From contig CAVQEQ010000003.1 of the NCBI GenBank assembly GCA_963711565.1, positions 480,001 through 544,000 of the forward strand: 64,000 nucleotides of DNA, given 5' to 3'. Shown here piece after piece: positions 8,298 through 18,297 of this stretch. The first letter of the stretch is position 1. Each line of letters starts with the position of its first letter. The notes below the pieces were generated by a model that was not told the origin of the DNA, ran no database searches, and was given only the letters and a program-made list of their open reading frames with translations. This DNA is from an uncultured delta proteobacterium (GTDB lineage: Bacteria; Desulfobacterota; Binatia; Binatales; Binataceae). The translations under genes and the position numbers were made by a program.

Positions 8298-10217
8298 GTG
8301 AATTTTCGGTTGGCTCAAAAGCTCGCCACCGCGGCCTGCGCAATCGCCGCGATTTACCTGCTCTCGATCCTCGTGACGGGCGGCTATGCGGTAGATTTCG
8401 CGTTCGTCAGGTTCGACGCCAGCAAGCTGTGGCCTGCAATCGTCGCGATGCTCGGATTTGCGCTGCTGCGAACTGTCTTCAGGCACGGCTCGGTCGAAGG
8501 CGCGCTGATATCGCGTCCGGGATTTATCGTTTTCTCGGTCGCATTGATCGTATTTCTCGCCAACGGCCGCACCATATCCGGCGGTGACTCGGTGCCCGCG
8601 AAGAGTCTGCCTCTGGGCATTCTGCTTCACGGCAATTTCTATCTCGATCAACTGGTAACTCCCGGCGCGAAAAAGATTCCCTACTACCTGCGCGAGAGCG
8701 GCGGGCATTACGTGTCCGACTATCCGGTCGGCGCCGCGCTGATGGCGTTGCCATTCTATGTGCCGTCGATAGTTTGCGGCGTCAGCCCCAGCAGCCGGGT
8801 TTTCGCCGAGCTCGAAAAAGTTTCGGCGGCGACGATTGTTGCGCTGTCCGCCGTGCTGCTTTACATGGCCGCCGCCCGCGTGACCGCCGACTGGATGGCG
8901 ATGCTGCTGACGCTCATCTACGCCTTCGGCACCAGCAGTCTGAGCGTAAGCAGCCAGGCGTTGTGGCAGCACGGGCCCGCGCAGCTCGCGCTCACCGCGG
9001 CGATCTATTGCCTCATCCGCGCCCGCGACGATCCACGCTGGGCGGGATACGCGGGCCTGCCGCTCGCGTTCGAGGTGATTACCCGTCCGGCAGATGCGCT
9101 GATCGCGGCGCCGCTCGGCCTGTACGTCATCATCAACTACCACCGCGAGATCTGGACGTTCATCGCGACCGCGATTGCGCCGATTCTTTTTCAAATGTGG
9201 TACAGCGCCATCTACTTCGGCAGCGCGTTGCGGGTCCAATTTTTCACCGAGCCGACATCGGTAGGCGGGCAGACCGTAGCGCCCAGTGGATTGTGGACGA
9301 CCTCGCTCGCGAACGGGCTGGCGGTAGTGCTGGTGAGCCCCGGCCGCGGATTGTTTTTCTATTCTCCGATTTTCATTCTGTCATTCGCGGGATTGGCGCT
9401 TGCGTGGCGCAGGAATGGTGACGTGCTTTTGCGCTACCTGGGAGTCAGCACGATTTTGACCATATTGTTGGTCGCGAAGTGGCATAAGACCTCCGGCGGC
9501 GAGTCTTTCGGCCCGCGCCTGTTGGCCGATCTCACGCCGATAATGGCGCTCGCCCTGTTTCCGCTGGCGGATTCAATCCGCAATCGCCGCGCGCTTGCGG
9601 CCGCGTTCGCAGCGCTCAGCGTGTGGTCGATCACCGCCAACGCGTCGGGCGCCTTCATCAGCTATAGAGGATGGAACCAGTGGGCGCTCGACGATGCGGA
9701 CAGGCGACTGTGGCTGTGGGGCGACAATCCGGTAGTCGATCCGTTCCGATCGGCTCTGGAGTCGATCACAATTGCGCTCGGGCATCGTCCGACCAGCCGC
9801 AATTCTCCCGACCTGCTCGACGCCCGCATTGTCATGCTCGATACAGCTCCGCCTGAAACGGCGCCGGGAGCGCGCGTTCACGTTTCTGTCCGAGCCACCA
9901 ACATCGGCAAGGCCGTGTGGCTCGGGGGGCGTTCAGCGGATGAGCGCGGTATGGTCAGTCTGGGGTGGGAATGGAAGCGCGACGGGAAGGTGGTCGGGGA
10001 TAGTGAAGTCCGCCGCGAACTTCACTTGAACGTCTTTCCGGGCGACTCGATGGAGCTGGAGGCGTCGGCACTCGCCCCCGATACGCCCGGTCACTACGAG
10101 CTCGAGATTTCGCTCGCGGCCGAAGTCACGAGCCAAAACGCACGCTCGATAGGCCCGCTGTTGACGGTTCCGGTAACGGTCAGCGGGCCAGCCTCGTCAG
10201 CCGGCGGCGCGCCGTAA
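8298..10217 (+). CDS. Polytopic membrane protein, GT-C-like (PMT/ArnT-like) glycosyltransferase with C-terminal Ig-like domain
   Basis: Many TM helices, acidic first loop (GGDS), SQALWQHG, SPGRGLFFYSP, GGESFGPRLL; soluble beta-rich C-terminus (APDTPGHYELEISL). Confidence 0.6.
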   Translation: MNFRLAQKLATAACAIAAIYLLSILVTGGYAVDFAFVRFDASKLWPAIVAMLGFALLRTVFRHGSVEGALISRPGFIVFSVALIVFLANGRTISGGDSVPAKSLPLGILLHGNFYLDQLVTPGAKKIPYYLRESGGHYVSDYPVGAALMALPFYVPSIVCGVSPSSRVFAELEKVSAATIVALSAVLLYMAAARVTADWMAMLLTLIYAFGTSSLSVSSQALWQHGPAQLALTAAIYCLIRARDDPRWAGYAGLPLAFEVITRPADALIAAPLGLYVIINYHREIWTFIATAIAPILFQMWYSAIYFGSALRVQFFTEPTSVGGQTVAPSGLWTTSLANGLAVVLVSPGRGLFFYSPIFILSFAGLALAWRRNGDVLLRYLGVSTILTILLVAKWHKTSGGESFGPRLLADLTPIMALALFPLADSIRNRRALAAAFAALSVWSITANASGAFISYRGWNQWALDDADRRLWLWGDNPVVDPFRSALESITIALGHRPTSRNSPDLLDARIVMLDTAPPETAPGARVHVSVRATNIGKAVWLGGRSADERGMVSLGWEWKRDGKVVGDSEVRRELHLNVFPGDSMELEASALAPDTPGHYELEISLAAEVTSQNARSIGPLLTVPVTVSGPASSAGGAP

Positions 10218-10253
10218 CTGCCGAATCAGATCAAACGTCGCGCCCGCTGTCTA

Positions 10254-10988
10254 TCATTTCGTTTTTGAGACCGGGGTAGGCGGGCCGCCGCCAGGGCCAT
10301 TGAACGCTCCGGCTCCGGCCGCGATGCCCACTCCGACTCCACCCGCCAAGCCTATTCCAAGCGCGCTCGCACCCACGACGCCCAAGCCGCCGCCCTCCCA
10401 GAACGCGCCGCATCGGACGGTGGTGTGCTCGCCCTTGTGAATGTCTTTGCATTCGGGAGGATTGGCGGTATTGCAGACCTGCACAGTACCGTCGTCAACA
10501 TCGACCTTGGTGTTCTGACGGCAGCCGTGGTGGTCCTTCGTGTCGTAATGTTCATTCCAATCGGTTCCGCGAACCGCTCCGATCGCGTTGGGCGTATTCA
10601 CTTCGAACGTGGTCGAACTGCCACGCATCGCACCTAATATGACGGTGTGGAGGTCGCCACCCAGCAGCCCGACCCTGCTAGGCGCGCCGACTCCATTCAC
10701 CAGCACGCTGTTGTCGATCGTAATGGTCAACGATGCGCCCAATTGTAGAGAACTGTTATCGACCAGGCCGATCACTAGCGACGAGTTCGCGTCGGTCGCG
10801 ACAGTGTCGTGCAGCATGACGGGCATGTTCGTCAGCACTGCGATAGTCGCGCCGTTGCGCTGGATGTTCGCTGTCCCCTGAACTTGCGTGATCGTACCGA
10901 CGGTGTTCTGCGCATGAGCTGCGGGGACCGCTGCCGCCAACGTCAGCATCGCGAGTATTAAAAGCGAAGCAATCCTTGAGAATTTCAT
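10254..10988 (-). CDS. Secreted FecR-domain protein with Gly-rich C-terminal hydrophobic segment
   Basis: Signal peptide ending AAHA; VGTITQVQG, DNSSLQLG and FEVNTPNAIGAVRGT FecR-like motifs. Confidence 0.8.
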   Translation of the reverse strand: MKFSRIASLLILAMLTLAAAVPAAHAQNTVGTITQVQGTANIQRNGATIAVLTNMPVMLHDTVATDANSSLVIGLVDNSSLQLGASLTITIDNSVLVNGVGAPSRVGLLGGDLHTVILGAMRGSSTTFEVNTPNAIGAVRGTDWNEHYDTKDHHGCRQNTKVDVDDGTVQVCNTANPPECKDIHKGEHTTVRCGAFWEGGGLGVVGASALGIGLAGGVGVGIAAGAGAFNGPGGGPPTPVSKTK

Positions 10989-11248
10989 CTGGATAAGTTC
11001 CCGCATCTTCTCTACATGTCCCCCTCGGGAGCCCTTCTCATTCAATGTTTAGCGCGGCAAGTATGGCAGAAATACCGGCTTAGAAGAAACCGGTGAATCT
11101 GCCAGCAATAGGCATATTCTTCATGCGTAGTAATATCTAGAGACGTTACTGCGTGAACTCTGAACTCTCCTCAGCGAACCAGTCCCGCGCCACAGTTTCA
11201 GGCCTGATACAATCGGCTTGATCGTCGGCGGTAGGTGGTGAGCTGAAA

Positions 11249-12490
11249 TTAGTCGCGTGATGCGCGCAGAGCCTGCTGTTGCGCGGGCGCATCTTCGCCT
11301 ATGGAAGCCCGCGCATGATCGCGTGTGACCGACGCCGCGCCAGTTCGAACGCGCATGCTCTTTTCTGTTCCAACCACACTTCGGTAGAGGTCGAGAGTTT
11401 GCGCAGCCATTTCCGCTATTCCGAAGTCATTGACTGCACGAGCGCGCCCCGCCCGTCCCATCTTTTCGCGCAGCTCGGGATTGTCCAGCAACCGGTTGAG
11501 CGCCGCCGCCATCTCGTCGGAACTTCTCGGCGGGACAGTGAACCCGGTGATGCCGTCCTGCGATACATACGGGACTCCCGTGTCGATCCGGGTGTTCACC
11601 ACCGGGATACCGCAGGCCATCGCCTCCAACTGAACTATGCCGAAGGCCTCGCTGCGCTCGCACGACGGCAGCGCGAAAACATCGGAGGCGTGGTAGTAGT
11701 TGATCAGATTGTCATCAATCTCGCCGAGAAAAACGACGCGGCCGGAGGCTCCGTTGCTGGTTGCTTCGCGCTCGAGCTCGACACGCAAGGGACCTTCGCC
11801 AATGATCACCAGCTTGGCGTCAACCTTCGACATCGCCCGGATGAGAAACTTGATTCCCTTGTAATGGACCAACCGGCCGACCGACAGAATTATTCTCGGT
11901 CCGAAGCGCTGGCGCAGTTCGCGCACCATAGAGTGGTCAACGCGATTCTCGGCGAACTGTTCGGCGGAAATCCCAAATGGAATCAGATGGCAGCGGTCGG
12001 CGTAACGCGTGAGTACCTGCGAACTGGCGATGTAAGCGGGCGAAGTCGCGACAATCGCGGCACACCGCCTGAGCAGCAATCGCTCGAGCGGACGATAGAG
12101 GCGGACTAATCGGCGCTGGCGCACAATATCGCTATGCCAAGTGATCACGAGCGCGCCAGCGGGCCGGGCAAGCAGACAGGCAATCGCAGCCGCCGGGTTC
12201 GGCAGATGCAGATGCACGATGTCCGCCTTCTCACGCCGGATGCTGCCAATCATCGCCGGGCATATCGGCGCCGAGGCCAGCGTCATCGCGCGCGGCAGCC
12301 GGAGGACGTCGATGCCCTCGATACTTGCGCGTTCACGGCGCCAGCTATCGTTGGCGACGATCACTTTCAGATCGACGGACTTGCGCAGCTCCGTGCACAA
12401 GTCGCGCAGGTGCGACTCGATACCGCCACGGCTCGGCGCAAAGTACTTGCCCATCTGCAATACGCGGAGCCGTCTTCCGTTGGAGGTCAT
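11249..12490 (-). CDS. Glycosyltransferase family 4
   Basis: GGIE, VGRLVHYKG, SEAFGIVQLEAMACGIPVV. Confidence 0.92.
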   Translation of the reverse strand: MTSNGRRLRVLQMGKYFAPSRGGIESHLRDLCTELRKSVDLKVIVANDSWRRERASIEGIDVLRLPRAMTLASAPICPAMIGSIRREKADIVHLHLPNPAAAIACLLARPAGALVITWHSDIVRQRRLVRLYRPLERLLLRRCAAIVATSPAYIASSQVLTRYADRCHLIPFGISAEQFAENRVDHSMVRELRQRFGPRIILSVGRLVHYKGIKFLIRAMSKVDAKLVIIGEGPLRVELEREATSNGASGRVVFLGEIDDNLINYYHASDVFALPSCERSEAFGIVQLEAMACGIPVVNTRIDTGVPYVSQDGITGFTVPPRSSDEMAAALNRLLDNPELREKMGRAGRARAVNDFGIAEMAAQTLDLYRSVVGTEKSMRVRTGAASVTRDHARASIGEDAPAQQQALRASRD

Positions 12491-12596
12491 CTGTCTAATC
12501 CTACCACGTTGTTCGAGCGCGACTAAAATTGGAATGCGTGAGATCGGCTAACGGCGAACAAAACGGCCGGCGCGAACAGTGGCCAGTCTGCGCTGG

Positions 12597-13205
12597 TCAA
12601 GCTTTTTGGAAGATGAGACAAGTCTTAATGCCATTCGAGCTGCGGTCCACCACCGGCCAGTTGGGCATAGGATTGTCCCCCGCTGAAGACCACAAGTTGG
12701 TGTCGTCCACCACCATGTACCCTCCACGAGCGATCTTGGGAATCGTGGCGCGGATGCAAGCGCCGCGGTAATGACCGTCAATCAGTACGACGTTAAGACT
12801 CGAATCGGGGAACTCGTTGGCGACGGCAACGTATGCGGGCAGAGGATCGTAATCGGGACGCTCGCCTTCGGATTCGGGATGTCCCAGTGGAACCAATCGG
12901 TAGTCCACATTCGTGATGCCGCCGGCGGCCAGCTTTTCCTTAACTGTCACAAACCACTGCGAATTATGCTCAACGCTCGTTAAGCGCTGGACGAGTGTGG
13001 CAAACCAGACGGTACTGCGGCCACTCCCAAATTCCAATCCGCAGGGCAATCCGCGAAAGTGCTGTTCGCCGAAAGCTATTGTTCCCGGGCAAAGCCACGG
13101 GGCCTCCGGATGCAATCGCTCCCAAACCCAATTGCGGACGCGGTGTGGAACTAATTGCGGACGCCGCAGGTAAAAGCCCAGCTTCTGATTGAGTTGCTTT
13201 TCCAT
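12597..13205 (-). CDS. Class I SAM-dependent methyltransferase-like protein
   Basis: LEFGSGRST, SVEH, LIDG and GGYMVVDD motifs. Confidence 0.8.
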   Translation of the reverse strand: MEKQLNQKLGFYLRRPQLVPHRVRNWVWERLHPEAPWLCPGTIAFGEQHFRGLPCGLEFGSGRSTVWFATLVQRLTSVEHNSQWFVTVKEKLAAGGITNVDYRLVPLGHPESEGERPDYDPLPAYVAVANEFPDSSLNVVLIDGHYRGACIRATIPKIARGGYMVVDDTNLWSSAGDNPMPNWPVVDRSSNGIKTCLIFQKA

Positions 13206-14380
13206 CAGAATGCCGAGCGTCCAAATATTCGACGATACAACTCCACGCTCCGGTTGGCATACTCACTCCAGCTGAATCGCGATGCCCACAGGACGCCCGC
13301 ATCGCGCCGGCTGTTCCACCTGCCCGGATGCTCGGATCGCTCTTGCAGCATGGCGGTCGCCGCCGCGGTCCAGGCCGATACTTCGCCGACAGGACTGTAA
13401 ACGACCGATTCGCCACCAACCTCGCGGAGCACCGGGATATCGCTGGCAAGTACTGGCGTGCGGCAGGCAAGCGTCTCGATCACCGGCAAACCGAATCCTT
13501 CGTTGTCGGAGGGCAGCATGAGCATGGTGGATCGCCGATACAAAGCCGCGAGAACTTCCCTGCTCAGCAGTGGCAACACGCTCAGCCGATCCTCGATACC
13601 CAAGTCGCGCGCAAGTGCCGATTGGGCTGGCGTCAGATGACCCGCCTTTATCAGACGCGCCTTGGGAGCCACCGGCAGAAGTGCGGCGAATACTCGCAGC
13701 AGAACATCGATCCGTTTGCGCGGCCGGTTGCTCCCAACGTGGAGCAATTCGAGCGCATCGGGGTCGCGAGGTCCAAGAAGCTGATCGACCTGCGCGTCCG
13801 CGGCAGCATCAGGCCCGGGCTGATACGCCGGATGTACTCCATTGTGTACGACCGAGACCCGGTCGGCTGATAACACGCGATGCGCGAGAATTTCATCGAG
13901 GATCGTCTGACTGTCACACGCCACCGCAGCGGCGCTCTTCAATCCGCGGAGCAGACGCCCGGTCATGGCGCGAAATGCGACTGACCTGGGTTCGCGCTCC
14001 GGCTCCAACAGGCAGCGGAAGGCGTTGAGGTCGTGGCAGGTTATCGCGACGGGCTTCGACGGCGCTTCAAGCGCGAGATGACTGTAACTGTGATCGACGA
14101 TATGGAGGAGATCGAAACGACTGCGATTGCGCCTGACCCACATCGGATAGACCAAGTAGCGATTGAAGGAGCGCTCGGCGGTTCGTATCAACCATCGGTC
14201 GTGCAACCTACGCGGATAAATCGGCAGCCTGACGAAGCGCGGCTGCACCTTGGTCACTTCGTACTCTGCGGCGTGTTCGGCGGCGAGATGCGTCGCGATC
14301 ATGTCGCCGACGAGATCCATGGAGAGCCATCCTTCCTCGCGGAAATCGCAAAGTACCGCCAGCCGCGGCCGACTCTTCAT
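13205..14380 (-). CDS. Glycosyltransferase family 4
   Basis: HVGSNRPRKRID, EGFGLPVIETLAC. ATG 14380 overlaps the upstream stop. Confidence 0.92.
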   Translation of the reverse strand: MKSRPRLAVLCDFREEGWLSMDLVGDMIATHLAAEHAAEYEVTKVQPRFVRLPIYPRRLHDRWLIRTAERSFNRYLVYPMWVRRNRSRFDLLHIVDHSYSHLALEAPSKPVAITCHDLNAFRCLLEPEREPRSVAFRAMTGRLLRGLKSAAAVACDSQTILDEILAHRVLSADRVSVVHNGVHPAYQPGPDAAADAQVDQLLGPRDPDALELLHVGSNRPRKRIDVLLRVFAALLPVAPKARLIKAGHLTPAQSALARDLGIEDRLSVLPLLSREVLAALYRRSTMLMLPSDNEGFGLPVIETLACRTPVLASDIPVLREVGGESVVYSPVGEVSAWTAAATAMLQERSEHPGRWNSRRDAGVLWASRFSWSEYANRSVELYRRIFGRSAF

Positions 14381-15561
14381 GCGGGTGAAGATTGCGCCGC
14401 AGTACCGCGGCAATCGAGTAGTTCATCGAAAAAGCCGAGGTGTTTGCGAGCGACTACGCGCCAATCGAACTGGGTCCGGGCACGATCCAGTCCACGGTCG
14501 GCCAGTTCCTTCCGCCTGGAAGGACTCTCCAGCAGCGCCGCGAGGGCGGTGACCCATTGGCCCTCGTCGCGCTCGTCAACGATAACGCCGGCGTCACCGA
14601 CGGAATACGGAATCTCACCGCTGTTGCTGGCAATCACCGGCACGCCGCACGCGAACGCCTCCACGAGCATCCGTCCAAATTGCTCGCGCCATCGCGGAGT
14701 TGTCTGGCTCGGCGCGCAAAGAATATCCATCGCGTTGAGATAGGCCGGAACGCGATCGTGCTGGACGCCGGTGACGATCCTTACGCTGTCACCGAAATCG
14801 GCGGCCCATCGGCGAAGTTCGGTTTCGAGCGGGCCCATGCCGACAAACATGGCGCGCCAGGGCGACAACGTCTTCGATAAGATGCTCGTCAGGAAGCGAA
14901 CCCCTTTCTCTTCAACCAGCCTGCCGAGAAATCCCACTATCGGAGGTCCCGGCTGGTCCCAGCCGAGTTCGCGCCGGATCGAAAGTCCGGCGGCGGCATC
15001 GGGCCTGAACGCGGCAAGGTCCACCCCAAGCGGAATCACTCGATGAGGCTTCGAGTCGTAGCCGCGGGCGGATAGTACGCGCGCCACCGCTTCCCCGCCC
15101 GCGATCCAGCCGGCGCATCGCTTGACGCAGAAGCGTTCGATGCTGCCGAAGGGTGGCAGATAATGCTTGTCGAGATTCTGAGCGGTGTAGAACACCCACG
15201 GAGTTTTCCGGGAAACCGACCAGGCCACCTGCCCTCCAGCCAGGACGTACGGCTCCTCCCAGCAATGGACGAAATCCCAACGCTCGCCGAGCAATTCGCG
15301 CAGCCGCCGACCGTAGCAGAGAAGCTGCGGGACGCCGGTCAGGTGCGCCGGCACGATTTCGAGATTCAGCTGCTCATCATCCTGACGCTCAAGGTCGATT
15401 GGCCGCAGCGCAGATTGCACGAACGATGGCGCCACGGCGGTCACTTCCCAGGTGCCGTTGCTCTCGCGCGCGATTTCCTGGGGCAGTCTTCGGTTGAGCG
15501 ATACCACGTAGGAGTGTCCTATCGACAGCAGCCGTCGTGGCCGCGACCGTCCCGAAGTCAT
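14377..15561 (-). CDS. Glycosyltransferase family 4
   Basis: GRLVEEKG, WREQFGRMLVEAFACGVPVI. Confidence 0.92.
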   Translation of the reverse strand: MTSGRSRPRRLLSIGHSYVVSLNRRLPQEIARESNGTWEVTAVAPSFVQSALRPIDLERQDDEQLNLEIVPAHLTGVPQLLCYGRRLRELLGERWDFVHCWEEPYVLAGGQVAWSVSRKTPWVFYTAQNLDKHYLPPFGSIERFCVKRCAGWIAGGEAVARVLSARGYDSKPHRVIPLGVDLAAFRPDAAAGLSIRRELGWDQPGPPIVGFLGRLVEEKGVRFLTSILSKTLSPWRAMFVGMGPLETELRRWAADFGDSVRIVTGVQHDRVPAYLNAMDILCAPSQTTPRWREQFGRMLVEAFACGVPVIASNSGEIPYSVGDAGVIVDERDEGQWVTALAALLESPSRRKELADRGLDRARTQFDWRVVARKHLGFFDELLDCRGTAAQSSPA

Positions 15562-15582
15562 CGATCATCTCTCAGGACGGCG

Positions 15583-16728
15583 CTACTCCACTCCGTTGAG
15601 CGATGCGCGGAGAGTTGCGACCGCGTGGCGGATATCGAAGCGTCGATCGTAAAGCTCGCGCGCCGCTATTCCCAGGCGCTGTCGTTCATCGCCGTCGTCA
15701 ATCAATCGATGCACCACCGCGGCCATCGCCGGGAGATCGTTCGCCGGCGCGAGCGCCACTGCACGCGACTCCTGCCACAGCGGTTCGGTCAGGTGTCCCG
15801 AGGTGGTCATCACGGGACGTCCATGTTCGAGCGCCGCCATGCAGCTTGTCCGGCGCGTAGAGACTCCGTCGGGATAGAACTGGATCATCAGATCGCAGGC
15901 GGCGAGCGAGCGCGACACGTCCGCGGGAGCGAGCGCGCCGGTTGCGTGCAGTCGATTCGCGAATGAGGGATGACGGTCGATCATTTGGGCGCGAAATTCC
16001 GTTCCACCCTTGCCAATCAACAGCACCGCCAGATCCGCGTGCAGTGCCAAACCCTCGGCCAGCAATGCGGTCGTCCCGGCCGTGTAGGCCGATCCGTAAC
16101 CGCCGAAGTGGCCCACGATTTTGCCGCCATCAGGTGCGACGCGCCGCCGGATATCATTTGCGCCGGCTTCGTCTTCGACTACCGGAACATTGCTGAACGT
16201 TGGAATGCACAAGATCGGCTGCCGCGTCCCGCTGATCGATCGCAGCATCGGTTCCCAAGCCGACGTCGTCACGAAGATGCGCCGGGCCGAGCGCGCGAGT
16301 ATGGCAGCCATCGCGCGCGTGACGACGCCGAGAAAGTTGTGCCGAAGCAGCTGATCGCGGGAGATCGCGAACGCAACTTCATGGAACATTACGCCGAGCC
16401 GCTCGCGCTGCCGCGACGCGAGCCAGAGGCACAGCGGCACATTCATCGCCTTCCATCCGAGAGCATGCGGTACGTATTGGACGAGAACCTGGGATTTCGA
16501 CCTTCGATCGATTCCGCGATCCATCGCCAGCATCGATCGCGGCCCAAAGCTATCCGGCAAGCGATGCACCCGAACCGGACCGGCCTCGTTCGTCGGACTG
16601 GAAGTCGGCGGCGCCCACACGTGAACTTCGTCACCGCATCGCGACAACGCCTCGCCGAGCTGCCGCGTGTAGTCGCCCACGCCACCGATGGCGGGCGGAT
16701 ACTCACCGGTTATCAGATGCCATATCAA
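15583..16728 (-). CDS. Glycosyltransferase family 4-like
   Basis: EYPPAIGGVGDYT N-terminus; DGVSTRRTSCMAALEHGRPV variant of the GT-B motif. Confidence 0.85.
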   Translation of the reverse strand: MIWHLITGEYPPAIGGVGDYTRQLGEALSRCGDEVHVWAPPTSSPTNEAGPVRVHRLPDSFGPRSMLAMDRGIDRRSKSQVLVQYVPHALGWKAMNVPLCLWLASRQRERLGVMFHEVAFAISRDQLLRHNFLGVVTRAMAAILARSARRIFVTTSAWEPMLRSISGTRQPILCIPTFSNVPVVEDEAGANDIRRRVAPDGGKIVGHFGGYGSAYTAGTTALLAEGLALHADLAVLLIGKGGTEFRAQMIDRHPSFANRLHATGALAPADVSRSLAACDLMIQFYPDGVSTRRTSCMAALEHGRPVMTTSGHLTEPLWQESRAVALAPANDLPAMAAVVHRLIDDGDERQRLGIAARELYDRRFDIRHAVATLRASLNGVE

Positions 16729-16746
16729 AGGTGCTATCGATTGCGC

Positions 16747-18297
16747 TCAGGCGGTGGCAGCCCTGAGCACCAGCCTGAAACGGCTCATCAGGCTCGCGCG
16801 TTCTTCCGGATAAAACACGACCAGCCACGCCAGCACCAGGTAGATCAGCGCGGACGCCGACATCTGATACGCGACTCCGAACCAGCCGGTGGCGCCGTAC
16901 AGCCGGACGAGCCAACCAGTGAGGGCAGCATACGGAAGCGCGAGTGCGAGCGGCGCGACCACGGAGAAAACCAGCTTCGAAGCCGGAACGTCGAATATAT
17001 CGGACATCAGTATCGGCATGTACCACACGCTGACAGCCAGAAAGGAGGCGGTGGTGCCGAGCAAGGGTCCGGCGAGTCCGAACGCGAGGGTAAATGCGAT
17101 GCTGAAGGCGAGATTGAGCACGGTCTGAACGATCGTCATCGGGAGCATTTTTCGGATCTGCCCCGTTCCGGTCACGCACCATCCCCACAGCGAGAATATC
17201 GCCTGCCACAGCGCATTGGCGGCCGCCAGCGCAGTAATCAGATCGCCCGCGTAACGTTCCCGTCCGACCCACAGCGAAATAAATTGACGGTTGAACGCCA
17301 CGATCGGAATCAGCGCCGCCAGACCGACCACCGCCACAACGCGGGTGAGTTCCAACAGCCGGCGGCTGAAGACCTCCTTGCGTCCTTGCGCGCTCAGTTC
17401 CGCCAACGCGGCCCAACTTGCGTTGCCGATCGTCTGCAACTCGCGCTGCGCCAGCGAGGTCAGGCGCTGCGTCAGAACGAAAGGCGTAACAAGGGCCGGG
17501 GACAGCAATCCCGACACCACTATATTGTCGGTTAACAGAGAAACTCGTCCGCACATGTTCAGCAAGAAGGTCGGCATGTTGAGCTTGCGCACGTCGCGGC
17601 GGGCGGCCTCAGGGGCTGACCCTTTGATGGCATCAAGGAAAATCGCCGGGGCTTCCCGACGGCAGAGCCACAGCAGTGCAGCGTTGAAGACCGCGGCTCC
17701 GGCGATGACCGCGACAGATTGGCCGGTGATTCCCCATCCGGCCCACGCCAGGACGAGCGATCCCGCGGTGATCGTGATGGATTGCGCGGTCAGAAATGCG
17801 CTCAACCAGTAACCTTGCTGGCGGCCCTCTATCAGCGCCTTAAACGGCGCTAGCGGCGTCATAAAAGCGCCGAAGCCACCGATCAGAAATGAGATCCGCA
17901 GATCCGACGCATATTTTGCCTGCACCGGAATCAGCCGCGTTGCGAAAACCGCTAGGATAACAATGCCGACGACGCTCGCCAGTGCGACTTTTGTGTAAGC
18001 GCGCACGCCGGTGACCATGAGGTCGTGCACGGACTTTTCATCGCGGCGTGCTTCCGAGAGCGCGACCAGCGGCATGAGCGCGCCGCCCAGCCCGAACTCC
18101 AGCAAGCCGAGATAGCCCATCCAGTCGGTCGCAACCTGGAACGCGCCGAATCGTTCGTCGCGCAACCAGTGCAGAATCAACGGCGTCGCGAACAGGCCGA
18201 CGACCACCATCACGATGGTGTAGGCCTCGCGCGAAACAATCGTCAGTATGAATCTTATCGTTCGCACGTCATCGAAGGCGGGCGGCACCGTCGGCAT
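16747..18297 (-). CDS. wzx: Wzx-type oligosaccharide flippase
   Basis: About 12-14 TM segments, GYLGLLEFGLG and TDNIVVS motifs, located inside the GT operon. Start may instead be GTG 18267. Confidence 0.85.
   Translation of the reverse strand: MPTVPPAFDDVRTIRFILTIVSREAYTIVMVVVGLFATPLILHWLRDERFGAFQVATDWMGYLGLLEFGLGGALMPLVALSEARRDEKSVHDLMVTGVRAYTKVALASVVGIVILAVFATRLIPVQAKYASDLRISFLIGGFGAFMTPLAPFKALIEGRQQGYWLSAFLTAQSITITAGSLVLAWAGWGITGQSVAVIAGAAVFNAALLWLCRREAPAIFLDAIKGSAPEAARRDVRKLNMPTFLLNMCGRVSLLTDNIVVSGLLSPALVTPFVLTQRLTSLAQRELQTIGNASWAALAELSAQGRKEVFSRRLLELTRVVAVVGLAALIPIVAFNRQFISLWVGRERYAGDLITALAAANALWQAIFSLWGWCVTGTGQIRKMLPMTIVQTVLNLAFSIAFTLAFGLAGPLLGTTASFLAVSVWYMPILMSDIFDVPASKLVFSVVAPLALALPYAALTGWLVRLYGATGWFGVAYQMSASALIYLVLAWLVVFYPEERASLMSRFRLVLRAATA

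Noticed and set aside
11227-11234. Exact ops-like GGCGGTAG
   Set aside because: It is on the opposite strand and at the distal end of the operon; expected by chance in high-GC DNA.
15970-17535. Long antisense and alternate-frame ORFs (e.g. 15970..17535, 35318..36592, 44027..45436, 53306..54565, 56871..58106, 60155..61357)
   Set aside because: They overlap well-supported genes, are Arg/Ala-rich with no motifs, and are typical shadow ORFs of high-GC coding DNA.
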